From positions 186,001 through 250,000 of the forward strand of contig MU058034.1 in assembly GCA_013265495.1 (NCBI GenBank): a stretch of 64,000 nucleotides of DNA, read 5' to 3'. Shown here in pieces: positions 52,051 to 63,839 of the stretch. Position numbers and translations under genes: made by a program. The notes below the pieces were generated by a model. That model saw only the letters and a program-made list of their open reading frames with translations. It searched no databases and had not been told where the DNA came from. This stretch comes from Vicugna vicugna. Lineage: Eukaryota. Position 1 is the stretch's first letter. Each line of letters opens with the position of its first letter.

Positions 52051-52815
52051 GTCCTTCCTCACCACAATTCATACTAGGCATGCAGCATGATTTTCTTGAG
52101 TTACTGTAAGCTAATTCAGTCACCAGCCATCCATTCACCTGTATAATCCAAGAACCTGGCAGACATACCTCACTTGTCTCTCCGCTTCACCAACTCCCTC
52201 TCTTCCTTCATCACCACTGTATCCCCCGTCTTGCCACCCAGTTCTCGGGATTAATTAACCCTCTCCCTCCCTAAAACTGCTCTCTCACCTGAGTGATACC
52301 TCTTCCCTGGACTATTGTGAGAGTGTCGTAACTATTTCCCTCCAATCAATTTTGTTCCCTTATCACCCTTCACATTTTATTTAGGATAATCCACATGGGA
52401 CATAAATATGACTGTTTGCTTTTCTGATTAGAGACTTATCTTGCCCTCTTATACTAGGTTTCTGTGACATGGTCCTCTCCACCTCCCCAGCCTTTACCTC
52501 TGCCAACGAAGTATTGCCTCAGTCAGAGGCAGACTGTTTGCTCAGGCATCTCTCCCTTGCCCTTCAGCCCTTAATTGAATGGCCATTTTCTCCCAGAGGT
52601 CTTGCCTAAATGCCCAGGTCACACTTTCCTCGGAGCTTCCATAGCTATGCTACTTCTAACTTAGCACATAGCATTGTTGCTGAATAATTATAGTAATTGT
52701 CTAGTTTTTCACAAAGCTGTAAGCCTGTTGATGGAGAGGACTACTATTATGATACCCAAAACCTGGAGCAGTGCCTGGAATATGCCAGTGACCTGTACAC
52801 CTTTCTTGAATGTAC
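52050..52815 (+). mobile_element. Degraded L2
   Basis: ccctggactattgtga, ctgtaagcctgttga, gagcagtgcctggaatat..cttgaatg tail. Confidence 0.55.
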
Positions 52816-53279
52816 TTAAATCCCTTGCAGTCCCTTGGATTTAAACGGCCCCCAGGGCCATCTCCCTGCCCACAAGGCCGCCGCCTTCTCTGTAGCAGGA
52901 TTGGCAGTGGCAGCCTGTTTACCTGTTGTGCAACCCAGTTGTGGCCGGCACGGTGCCTCGAGGGGCTTGGAAGGAAGCCCCTGTGGAATAATTGAAACTC
53001 CTTGATGGTTTCCCCAAAAGCTGGTTTTATTAAGATCATCTTTTTCCCCCTCAGTTTTATTTTAAAGCACCTTCAGCTTTACTTTCCTTGATTAACCATG
53101 CATGGAGAAGAAATCTTCCGTTTCTGCTTGTTATCTTTGCCCTGTGATTAAAAAAAATCTGCTCTTTTAGAAGATTGTCTTTTGATACTAACAGAAGGGG
53201 CTGTGGAGCCAGGACAGAGGGCAAAGAAACAAGAGGCACATCAGGGGTCAGACAACATACTTGGATTTTGGGTAAACAT

Positions 53280-53281
<2 letters not shown>

Positions 53282-53326
<45 letters not shown>
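53282..53326. repeat. (ATC)15 trinucleotide microsatellite
   Basis: Perfect 45-bp run. Confidence 0.98.
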
Positions 53327-53327
<1 letters not shown>

Positions 53328-53724
53328 CTCCTTTTGTTTGATATATTTGGTTTTGATTTGGGGGGGGGGATAAAATATATCTTTAAACCTCATCGTAAGG
53401 AAATAAGTTTGGTACTGTTTCAGACCTTCAACTTGAAAGGAACTTCAAGTGTGAGGAGTCAGTGTCCTCGGAGACATTTCGCAGACACCATCATTAGTGT
53501 GAAGTAGAGCAGCCCTGGGGGCTTCTTTACGTGTATAACTCTTGTTCCTGAAGGATCAGAAATAGTTTTTCCTTGTACATACGGCAGCTAGGAACTTGCC
53601 ACTTCCTCTGAGAGTGCCAGCTCTGGGGCTGAGTTCAATTTGTGTTCAGAATTGCCTAAAGCAGAATTTCAGACCTCAGCAGCAGCCAAGGATCTTATCC
53701 TTGTAATTACCCACAGTTGATGAT

Positions 53725-55023
53725 TGTGGTGGGCAGAAAAGCAGTCCCCCAGAATGTCCACATCCTGGTCCCTGGGACTTGTGAATACGTTGCATTACGT
53801 GGCAAAAGAGGATTAAGGTTGTAAATACATTGATCTTTTTCTTAATTGAAATACAGTTAGTTTACAGCATTGTGTTAATTTCTGGTATACAGCATAGTAA
53901 TACAGTTATACATATATATAAACATATATATTCCTTTTCCTATTATTTTTCATTATTACAAGTTTATTACAAGGTATTAAATATAGTTCCCTGTGCTATA
54001 CAGAAGGATCTTGTTGTTTATATATTTTATATATGGTAGTTAGTATCTGCAAATCCCAAATGCTTAATTAAATGTGGGAAAGGGAGCAAGAAAATGTAGT
54101 TTTTTTTTCATTCTTTTTAGAATGTGTTTGAGCCTGTGTGACTACCAGTCTAAAGCAAATAGATATGATAATGGGTTAATATACTTGAAAAATACAGTAA
54201 CCACAAATCAAAAGCATGAGACAGAGTCACAGAAACCAAAAAGAAAAGAAATCAAGCTAATTCAAAAGAAAATGATCAAACCACAAAAGGAAAAACAAAA
54301 AGAAAGGGACAAATAAGAAATACAAAATCAACTGGAAAACTAGGTTTTAAATGGCGATAAACACATATCCATCAATAATTACCGTAAATGTCAATGGACT
54401 AAATGCTCTAAGGAGATTAGATAATAAAACAAGAGCCTACAATATGCTGCCTACAAAAGACCCACTTTAGGGCGAAGGACACACGTAGATTGAAAATGAG
54501 ACAGTGGAAACATACATTTCATGCAAATGGAAACAACAAGAAAACACTCATGTCAGACAAACAGACTTTAAAACAAAGGACACAAATGATCTTAAAACAA
54601 GACTATACTGGATTATTCAGGTGGGACTAATGTAATCACACGGGCCCTTAAAGGCAGAAGCAGCAGTAAGAAAAGTCATCCAAAGAAAAGACACAAAGGT
54701 GGAGGAAGGACGTGAGCCAGAGAATGCAAAAAAGCCTAGAAGCCTCTGGAAGCCGGTAAATGCCTTCAGCTGACAGTCAGCAAGGAAACTTTGACTGTAG
54801 CCCTACAACTGCAGAGAACTAAATTCTGCCAATGCTGTGAATAAGCAGGGAAATTGATTTTTCCCTAGAGCTTCCGGAAAGCCTCCTTGCTCACACTTTG
54901 ACTGGATTCTGGTGAAACCTGTCTCATACTTTTGACCTACCAAACCATAAGATAATAAATCTGTGTTGTTTTAGGCCACTATGTTTGTGACAGTTTGACA
55001 TTACAACATAGAAAAGTAATATG
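53725..55023 (+). mobile_element. MaLR LTR (MLT1D-like) with a 5-bp TSD, interrupted by an L1
   Basis: Starts tgtggtgggcagaaa..cccccagaatgtccacatcct; ends gataataaatctgtgttgttttaggccact..gaaaagtaatatg. TSD atgat at 53720-53724 and 55024-55028. Confidence 0.88.
53838..54586. mobile_element. 5'-inverted L1: antisense 3' UTR (about 53838-54065) joined to a sense inter-ORF/ORF2-start piece (about 54070-54586)
   Basis: Left ttaattgaaatacagttagtttacagcattgtg...atctgcaaatcccaaa. Right aaatggcgataaacacatat..taaatgtcaatggactaaatgctc..tgctgcctacaa. Flanked by tgatctt at 53831-53837 and 54587-54593. Confidence 0.85.
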
Positions 55024-56139
55024 ATGATCTATCGAACACTTATCCTCGGTAGGGACAAAATGCCTGCAAGAAGACAGCAATTTAATTGTCAGGAAAGATA
55101 TAAATACATGGAAATTTCATCAGTGATGAAAGAACAGGGCAATATTTTGAGACAGTAATTGGTTTAGTGGCATATAACAGTGCATGATAAATTGCCAAAT
55201 GAATCCCGCTAAGTTTTGAGCAGAGTCTTAATGAAGAAGTCAAAAGAAATGAGTTTCAGGTTCATGGTCTCAAGTATATACTAAGAGGCTGAGCACAGAG
55301 TTGGGAGATAACCTCACAATGTTGCTTTATTTAATGTAAAATGGCATTCTATAATTAAGTTAAATATTTTATGACACTGAATGTAGGAATTCACAGTATT
55401 CAGTTGACATTTTCAGGAAAATACTGAGAAAGAGACTGAATAGGAACCAAGCACTCATGTCTAGATAGGATCGATTTGGAAAAGGAGGGGACAGAGAGGC
55501 TTTCCAGAAGAGAATAAACTGATCAGAGTGGGCAATGTCTCAGAGTGCATTACCTCATGAAACAATTAAGGATAATGCACGTTTGCTGAAAAACACATGC
55601 AAAATCTGAGTGGGACCTCCCACTCTAGGTATCAAACACGTATCTCCCTCGCCCGAGCAGCTGGCAACACACAGTTACTGAAAATGAGACCAAATAAAGA
55701 GTAATCCATTAATCCAACAGAGGTAGAGCCTGAGTTGTAAGAAATTTAGGAAAAGGAACCACCAGTATTTTGGTTGCTAATCCCTTTCAAGTTGGGACTC
55801 AGGAAGGTCACTGAAAATCCTCGGATAATACCACCCTTCCAGCCAAATGTGAGAGGACTAAAGAAGCAAGGAGATTTTGTGTGATGAACACAGTTCTTGG
55901 ATAAGCCCCGAAAGCTCCCTCTCTGTCCCATCAGGGATGATGACCAGGATCGTGAGGGCCCCCAGCTGTCAGAAATTGTCCCTGCAGATGCCCAGGCTGC
56001 TCACCGGGCTCAGTCTAGAGAAAGACACTGCATCTACTGTCTCTTCCTACCTGGGGACCCATAGAGCCGAGGTCCTGGGAAACTGGTGGACCAAGAAGAC
56101 CATGTAGGGAAATGAAAAGAATGTGATACTTTTAGTAAG

Positions 56140-56380
56140 AAGACATGGATGTAATCTGTGTCTTCAGTGCTAATTAATAATGGAACTTCATGCCAATCAC
56201 CAAGCTTCTCTAGCCTTTAGTTTCTTCATTTGTCAAATGGCACTGGTGATGCTAATGTACCTTTCTCAGAGTGAGCATTTATGGGCTCACGTGTGTGCGT
56301 GTGCGTGCATGAATTTTAATGAGATCGTGTAAATCTTTGGTGAGACATAAAGTGCTATAAAACGTTAGTACTGTTGTGGT
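56140..56380 (+). mobile_element. MIR
   Basis: cttctctagcctttagtttcttcatttgtcaaatgg core; tail aagtgctataaaacgttagt. Confidence 0.7.
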
Positions 56381-56386
56381 TATCAT

Positions 56387-56754
56387 TGTATTGGTGTTTC
56401 AGGGCTGCCATAACAAAGTACCATGGGCCAGGGGCTTAACCAGCAGAAACTTATTTCCACACAGTTCTGAAGGCTAGACGTCCAAGACCAAGGTGTCTGC
56501 AGGACTGGTTTCTCCTGAAGCCTCTCTCCTTGGTTTGTAGATGGCCGTCCCTTCCCTGTGTCTTCACATGGTCTGCCCTCTGCTTGTATGTGTCCACGTG
56601 TCCTCTCTTGTTATACGGAAACCAATTCTATTACCTCTTCATTTACCTCTTTGAAGATTCTGTCACCAAATACAGTCACATTCCGAGGTACCAGGGGTTA
56701 GGACTTCAACATATGGAATTCACACTGGGGAGGGACACAGTTCAGCCCTTAATA
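56387..56754 (-). mobile_element. MaLR LTR, MLT1A0-like
   Basis: tgtattggt..agggctgccataacaaagtacca...cacagttctgaaggctag..gtccaagaccaaggtgtctgcagg...ggacacagttcagcccttaata, 368 bp. Confidence 0.9.
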
Positions 56755-57589
56755 ATTACTATTTGACGATGATGATGATGCATACCAGTTCAGTGGTTAA
56801 AATAATATTTTTTTGTATTATATCAGTTAAGAACTTCGTCTATAAAACTAGTTTGCACCTATGTCAGGTTCCTTTGAGGCCTTCAGGTCACAAAGTCATT
56901 GTTCCTCAGGGACAAGCAAAGCTGGCAGCCTGGCCCCGGTGCCTCCCCTTTGCTCATATAGCCACGCCTTGAAGTTGGTGCCTAGGCCTGTGGGGGTTTT
57001 GTCCCCTTCAGCGAGAAAAACTCCTCAAAGTATGGTCCCAATTTTTGCACTTCATAAAAGTATTCAGTTCAACTGTAGAAATTGCTTCCAATGACGAAAT
57101 AGATGTGGAAAGTAACAACTTTCCTCCAACTCTGAATTCCCTTCTGGAAAAAAAGATATTTGGTAAAATCGTCATGCTTACTTGGCATTCCCTTTCAAGG
57201 GCTTCTCTCTGCCCAGGCACAGAGACTGGACTGAGTAATTCAGGGAGAAGGACCGTACCCCAAACTCCCAGGAGCCCCATTTGTATCCAGTTCTTAGACA
57301 AGTAAAGATGCAGGCAGTCAGCAACATTTATCCTGGGGAAACTGCTCGAGGAGGAAAAGCCGCCTGGAAAAACAAGGTAAGGAAACCTGCAGCCTCAGAG
57401 CCACAACTTGAGATGCTAATCATTCCAGAAGCATGTTTTATTAGTTCATTTAATTTGATTTGGGGAGAAATCTCCCACAAGGATTTGGGGATTTTTCAGA
57501 CCGAAGATACCGACATAAAAAGTAAAGTTTGATTTACTATATTAGCTGCCCCTGTGGAATCAGTTCATCAAGGCTCCTAATAACCAAAG

Positions 57590-57740
57590 CAGTGGCTTTC
57601 AAACTTTAATGTCTTTAAGAATTATCTGGAGAGCTCGTTTAAATGCTGCAAGCTCAAGGGATTCTGACTCATCCAGTCAGGAGCGGGGCTCAGAAACCTG
57701 CACTGTGTCAAGTTCTCTTTCCCAGAGGCAACTTTTATGT
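57590..57740. mobile_element. MER5A1-like partial element
   Basis: cagtggctttcaaactttaatg..aagaattatctggagagctcgtttaaatgc..gattctgactca. Confidence 0.7.
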
Positions 57741-57741
57741 T

Positions 57742-57972
57742 TGTAACAGACACTTATATAATGTTTACTATATACTAGACACTGTTATAAGCATTTTGTA
57801 AACGTTAACTTCTTTCGGGTCGCAAAACACTGCATTTTGTTATCTGGATTTTATAAGAGAGAAATGGAGGCAGAGTTGTTTGCCCAAGGACGTAGTGCTA
57901 GTAAGTGGCAGGGCTGGGATTTGAACCTGGGCAGTTTTGTGCCAGAGGCCACGCTCTTGGCCACTATGTTGT
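57742..57972 (-). mobile_element. MIR
   Basis: tttgcccaagg..gctagtaagtggcagggctgggatttgaacctgggcagttt..ccagaggccacgctctt. Confidence 0.85.
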
Positions 57973-58374
57973 GCTGACACCTCATCTTGATGCAAATTTT
58001 CCAGCAGTCATGTAATGAGAAACACCATGGCAAAGACTTCACACACATATAACAACTGACCGAATGATGTCTATCAACCATGTATACCTATTTGGGGGAA
58101 AAGAAAAAAACGCAAACATTTATTGAATACCTATTTTGTGTCAGAAGCTCTGATAGCCAGAGGTTTTTGAAGCCATTGCAAGAGAAATTTTTTTAAAAAA
58201 TCCTAAACAAAACATTATTCAACCCCACAGAGTCTCTCTGTGGTCCTAATGAGTGACTCCAATCAGGAAGCAATGTGAAAGCCAGAGCTTGTTTCCAGAC
58301 ACTCAGAACGGCTGCTGGATACAGTCTTGGACTCCATCCAACACGTGACCTATGCATTTGCCCTGATTTTTGTT

Positions 58375-58530
58375 TTATTTTTCTTTTAAAAGCAATTTTT
58401 ATTTGGGAATAATTTCAAACTTACAGAGAATTCTTGCTGCAAGAGTAAGAATCCTGTAAAAGGCCATCCCTCATATATTCCTCACCCTGGATCTCCCATT
58501 GTCAGAATTTGACCTCATTGTTTCCTGCGT
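58375..58530 (-). mobile_element. Ancient L1MC-type 3' terminal fragment
   Basis: ttttatttgggaataatttcaaacttacagagaa..cctcatatattcctcaccctggatc. Confidence 0.6.
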
Positions 58531-58944
58531 TTGTCCAGCCACTTCTTCCCTCCTTCTCTCCCCCCTTCCCTTGGTGCACTGCTGTCTTCCAGCCCTGGGA
58601 AGTGTGCCTGACATAGTTGTCCTCAAGAAATATTTGTTGAACAGATGCCCATTGGACAGATCAGGAAAAGGAGGCCCAAAGAGATTAAATCACTCGATCA
58701 AAGTCACATTTCTGGAAAATGACAAAGCAAAGATGTGTTGCAGAGCCCACCTTCTTATCCACTATGCATCTAATCATCTGAGAAAAATAAAAGGACTGTG
58801 ACTGGGGCTCATTTTTTAGAGTTTTCAATAGAGAAGCTTCTATCTTCTCAGTGGAGAAGCTGAATATTCACTGTCTGTCTTCCTGTGATTGCTGTGCTCA
58901 ACTCAACTGCAGAACAGAATTTGACTCAAAAATAATAAGCACTC

Positions 58945-59215
58945 TTAGTAATGGTGTTATAAAAGTGCTTTTCATTTGCAAATCTCTTCACTGTTATCCT
59001 GGTACGGGTATGTGCATTATGTCATTTTATTTCATAATGGGCCAGTGAATCAGGACTTATTATCACCTTTCTATGAATGAGGAAGTTGAAGCTTAAGGTG
59101 TTAGTGATTTCCTCAAGGTCATGAAGCAAAAATGTGATCGAGTCAGAACTAGGGCCCAGGTTCCCGATTTCTGACCTGATCTTTTCACGACCAAGCTGCT
59201 TACTCAGCCACACAT
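58945..59215 (-). mobile_element. MIR
   Basis: ataaaagtgcttttcatt, gaatgaggaagttgaagcttaa..ttagtgatttcctcaaggtca. Confidence 0.7.
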
Positions 59216-60250
59216 ATGACTAAACTCTGTTATATAAAATAATCGTGCTAAACAGAACGAACAAGCCACTGACCCATACAGGACTGTAGATATGACAACA
59301 AGAAGGTTCTCAGTCGTACCTGCAAATGACCATACTACTTGGAGTGTGTTACTCCGAAGTGCTCAAAGTTTCTAGGAAGTTGTGCGAGACTACCTGGTCA
59401 TTTGAGGACAGGCATTTAGAGGTAAATTGGACCTGAATCTTACTGTGACCCCAGAAACTGGCTTCCTGAGTGACTCAGGGGAAGTAGAATTCAAGGAACA
59501 GCATCTTTCCCATAGATGCCACCATTGTGCTCACCGCACATCACAAGGACTTAAAACTGACACATGGATCAGGAAATAGTAGACTCCTTGTCTTCATCAG
59601 TGTCCAACTTCAGTATTTCATATTTCCTAGCAGTTTTTAACTTCATAAACTTAGTTAATAGCAGTTGACGTATTTGAATCTCAATATAAATGACCCAGTT
59701 AGGTTAGTAGCTAATGTAACTCTCTCCCTCACTGTCAAATTCCAACAGAAATTCTCAGAGATGTTAATGATTTATCTACTATCTCATAGTTAATCTTGCT
59801 CAGTCTCCTGACACTGTCTGTCCTCTCATCACTAGTCTGAAAAGGGGAAGAAGAATAACTTGGTAAGTGGGTAGGTGCCTGCTGTATACTAGGCACTCAG
59901 TCAGCATCCATTTTCTTTCTCATTCTCCCTGCTCTGTAATTAAATTATTTTATCATTTTGCATCTCTGTGAGATGATCAGGTATTTTAATCTCTTTTTTT
60001 TTTTTCCAAATGAGAAACCAAAGATCAGAAAGCTTTTTCAGTTATTCTTAAATAGAGGAGAGATTTAAGTCCAACAAACAAAGAATGGGAAAATAGTATA
60101 CTGAGTATTTTCACTAGGTTTTTCATATGTTCCAGGGCACATTCCAAACAGAGTGACCTCCTGCTTAGATCTCTCTGTTGTCAGGACTACTAGGAAATTA
60201 GTTCCTTTTTAGCCATTTTAGAATCATTTGCACTCAGAATTATCTCATTC

Positions 60251-60825
60251 TGTCCCAGTTATTTGTCATTGCATAGCACCATCTCCAAGGTTACTAGCAT
60301 AAAACAACAGGACTGCGTTGTATATTATAGTTGTACGTGTCAGGAATTTGAGTCAGGAGTTTATTCTCTTACTCTGGACAATGACAGAGATTACCTAACA
60401 GTATTCAGTTGTAAGAATGCTGGCGTGAAAGGTCCAAGATGGCTTCTCCTTGGTGCCTCAGAGTTGATGATCCCTTGGTGTGGAAGGTGCCTTGTAGTAG
60501 AGGACTGGGAGTCTCGGTTCAGCTGAAACTATCGACTGAATGCCGCATGCTTACATATTGACACATGGCTTCTACAACATGACAGTTTCAGTGTAGTTGG
60601 ATTTCTTGCCTTGTTGCTCAGGGCTCCCATTAGGAGTGCTCCATGACATAGGCAGCTGATAGTGCCTTAGGGCCTGGGAGCAAGGCTAGGAGTGTCACTT
60701 CTGCTATGTTCTACTATTCAAAGCAGTCACAGGGCCTGTCCAGATTCAAGGGATAGGGGTACAGACATCACATTTTAATGGGAAAAAAATGGCATAGACT
60801 TTGCAACCATCTGTAACCTTTATAT
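60251..60825 (-). mobile_element. MaLR LTR (MLT1G/H-like)
   Basis: gcataaaacaaca, gtcaggaatttgagtcagg, ggtccaagatggcttc, gtgtcacttctgctatgttctact..caaagcagtcacagg..ccagattcaaggg. Confidence 0.75.
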
Positions 60826-61574
60826 CTTGTATATTTCTGCTTCATGATGGTGAGTATGCCAGCCTCTGACTGGGTCAGTCTAGGCTATGCAGCATAAAGA
60901 AGAGAGTAGGTGAAAAATGTACAGTGATAAGCATTAAAAGATGTTTCTTGCCTCTGAGGAAAAAGATTTCCCTAGGCAAAAATTGGAAAGTATTTAAAGT
61001 CAGTCTTTGCTAGTCTCCTAACATTTTTGCTATTAATCTCATCTGTGGGGTAAAGATTTTGGCAAGTATATGAAATAATTGAATTCTTTTTCCAGCAACC
61101 AACCCCTGTCACAGCCATGTCTGTGAGGTTTCCTAGGTCAGTGGTTCTAAATTGCTATAATTCTATATAACACTGATCATTTTTTTAGCTGTATCAGACT
61201 TGTATTATTTTTTAACTTTAAGTCCATATACACACACATTATTTACCATTATAAAGCTTTGACTTCAAGCCTGGAATTGGGCTAGAACATATATGATTTG
61301 CAAGAATTTCCTTTGTTCCTTTAGTGTGAGACCAAGAGCAGCATTTCTCAAGTTGCAGTTCAATGAAGAACTGGTGTTCCAAGTTCAGTGAGATGTTAAT
61401 GAGTTCTGGAAATAAACACAGAATACAAAAGCTCCCAGTGTGCCATGATTGACAACCCATTTTGAAAATTCATAATGTTCTTATTAATATATAAAAGTCA
61501 TTAAGTAAACCAATTTAACTCAGTCTTTCACAGACTCTTTGACCATAGGAACCTTTTACCATGGACCTCCCAGA

Positions 61575-61820
61575 TTTCATTCAACAAATATTTATTACGT
61601 GCCTGTATTGTACCAAGCCCTGTGCTAGACTTTGGGACTAGAGCAGTAAACAAAGCAAACCCCAGCCCTCCCTCAAGATTATACAGTATAGTGGGAGAGC
61701 CAAATGTGATCCAGATGACCATCCAACCAAAATAAATATTCTAAGAATGAACTTCTTAAGGAGAAAGCATAGTCAGTATTATATATGCATATCATATTTG
61801 GAGGCCCAGTTTAGCCAGGA
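61575..61820 (-). mobile_element. L2 3' end
   Basis: cattcaacaaatatttatt..gtgcctgtattgtaccaagccctgtgctag..gcagtaaacaaa. Confidence 0.75.
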
Positions 61821-61920
61821 GCAATCAGTTAGATGAGGGACTACTTATTGGTGTAGCCCATAGGCTGCATGTTGTTTCAAAAATAGCATGGGAACATTAT
61901 TTTGGAAAATATTGGGCTTC

Positions 61921-62122
61921 CTGTACTGTCCAATATAGTAGCTAGTAGCCATAAGTGGCTAAATAAATTAATTAAAATTAAATTAATGTAAAAAATTCAT
62001 TGCCTTCTTTGTACTCATCAAATGTCAAGTGCTCACTAGCCACATGTCCCTATGGCTACTGTAGAGGGTCATGTAGATTCAAACCCTTCTATTTTTACAG
62101 AAATTTTGATTCAATAGCCTTG
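61921..62122. mobile_element. hAT-Charlie MITE, MER3-like
   Basis: ctgtccaatatagtagctagtagccataagtggct...aagtgctcactagccacatgt, about 200 bp. Confidence 0.8.
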
Positions 62123-62130
62123 ATCTAGAG

Positions 62131-62438
62131 CAGGTGTCAGCAAACTAGTCCACTGGTCAAATCTGGCTGTGGCTGGTTTTTGCATGACTGGCAGACTAAG
62201 GATATTGTTAACATCTTGAAAGGGCTTTAGAAATAAAGTGGGGGGAGAGGGAGAGAGAGAGAAAAGAAGAAAAGGAAGGAGAAGAAGGGGAAGCAGAGGA
62301 GGATGGGGGAGGTGGGGAGGAGAGAGAAAGGAAGGAAGGGAAGGAGGAAGACAGGGGTGAGGAAAGAAAGAACATATATTGCCTGCAGAACCTAAAATAT
62401 TTAGTCTGTGGCTCCTTCAGAGAAAGTTTGCTAACCTG
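62131..62438. mobile_element. hAT-Charlie MITE, MER58A-like, with an internal purine-rich expansion
   Basis: TIRs caggtgtcagcaaact...aagtttgctaacctg. 8-bp TSD atctagag vs agctagag. G/A-rich tract near 62240-62372. Confidence 0.85.
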
Positions 62439-63409
62439 AGCTAGAGCTCACACCCTTCTTGTAACTTGTCCTTCCAACACAGTATCATGAGCTGGTGTTT
62501 GCCACCTGTTTAAAAAGCTGCATTTGACATTGGTTGGTGACCAACTAAAAACCATGGCCCATTCCATGGTATAGAGTCATTACTACGCAGCAGGAATCCA
62601 GACCAGAGATTCCTGTTCTGAGCCTTACCTCATACGTTGAGGCTATCAGAATCGTTCCCACCAATGGAAGATAAGTGTAAGTAATGGATGTTCATTTTGG
62701 GTTCAAGATGTTTAAGTACTGGTTGTATGACCCTCCACAATTTTTTTCATCTCTTGCCTTTGTCTGCCAGTTGGATGATTCTGTGTTTAAGGAAATAAGA
62801 CCTTTTTCAGCCTATCCTGTGGGATCTGATCAAGAGTTGTCAGCTTTATAAACTAAACATAGTTGTTAATTTGTATTGTGTCTCATTGGCTATAAATATA
62901 CCAAAAGATCCACAAGATAAAAAAAAATAGTCGCAGTAGTCATGTTACAGAGTAACTATTCTGTGGGCCTCTAGACCATAAAAAATCAGTAGTTAAGAGA
63001 AAATACTCCTTTAAAGGCTACAGTGGCAACATATTGATTATCAAATTCATTCAGGGAATATTTCCTAAATCCCCAAAGCAGGTGTGAGATGAAAAGTAAA
63101 TTAATCAGTTAAAATCATATTAAGTGAAATTCCAATCACTTTAATTTTAATAAATTGCAATGATTGACCCAGACATTAATTTCAGTTGCAGGCATGGGTA
63201 ATCCAGATAAATGACATCTTGAAGAGATACAACAAAAAATAGCTCATGCAGTACTGAAAAAAATATATACATAAGAATATATTTCATTACATAGGCAACC
63301 CATCCAGAGTCTTGTTTACTGTTGCAAACTGCACTGTCTTCTATATGCAAAGCAACACAGTTTCTCCCGTGTGATGTCACTGGAGCCTCAAGGTAAAAAA
63401 TTTCATCCC

Positions 63410-63510
63410 GTTTTCTCCTCCTCTCTTTTTTCTTTTCTTCTTCTCTCTCTCATTCTCTTTCCCCTTCCTGCTTCCCTTCCTTCCTTCCTTCCTTCCTTCC
63501 TTCTTTTCTT
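63410..63510. repeat. Polypyrimidine / (TTCC)n simple repeat
   Basis: cttcccttccttccttccttccttccttccttc and flanking C/T tract. Confidence 0.9.
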
Positions 63511-63839
63511 TAAAACTTCAAAGCAACAAAGATGCATGATGCATTCTGTAAAGCAGCTAGCCCACAGTCAAGTGAGAAATCCTAGCTTCCACTGCTGTCT
63601 TCTCCATTCTTTTCCTCCAGTTTGTAAACCTTTTAATTCATTTTCGGTTTATATTTCTAGTCTAGTGTTTGTCTGTTTTTAGCATAAGCAAATATATGTG
63701 TGTAAATCCACACATCTGTCAATGTCGTCATTTTCTTACACAACAGGTAGCACTCTATACATGGTTCTGCATCTTGGTTTTGCTTGTTTATTTTCTACCT
63801 AACCACACATTCTCCAGATCACTGCATAGCAATACATAT

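Noticed and set aside
53175..53507. Poly-Ser and poly-His ORFs
   Set aside because: Translations of the (ATC)15 microsatellite.
57292..57376. Plus-strand exon ending at a strong AAG/gtaagg donor
   Set aside because: Weak acceptor, unrecognisable peptide and no partner exons. Isolated donor matches (also near 25960 and 60850) are expected by chance.
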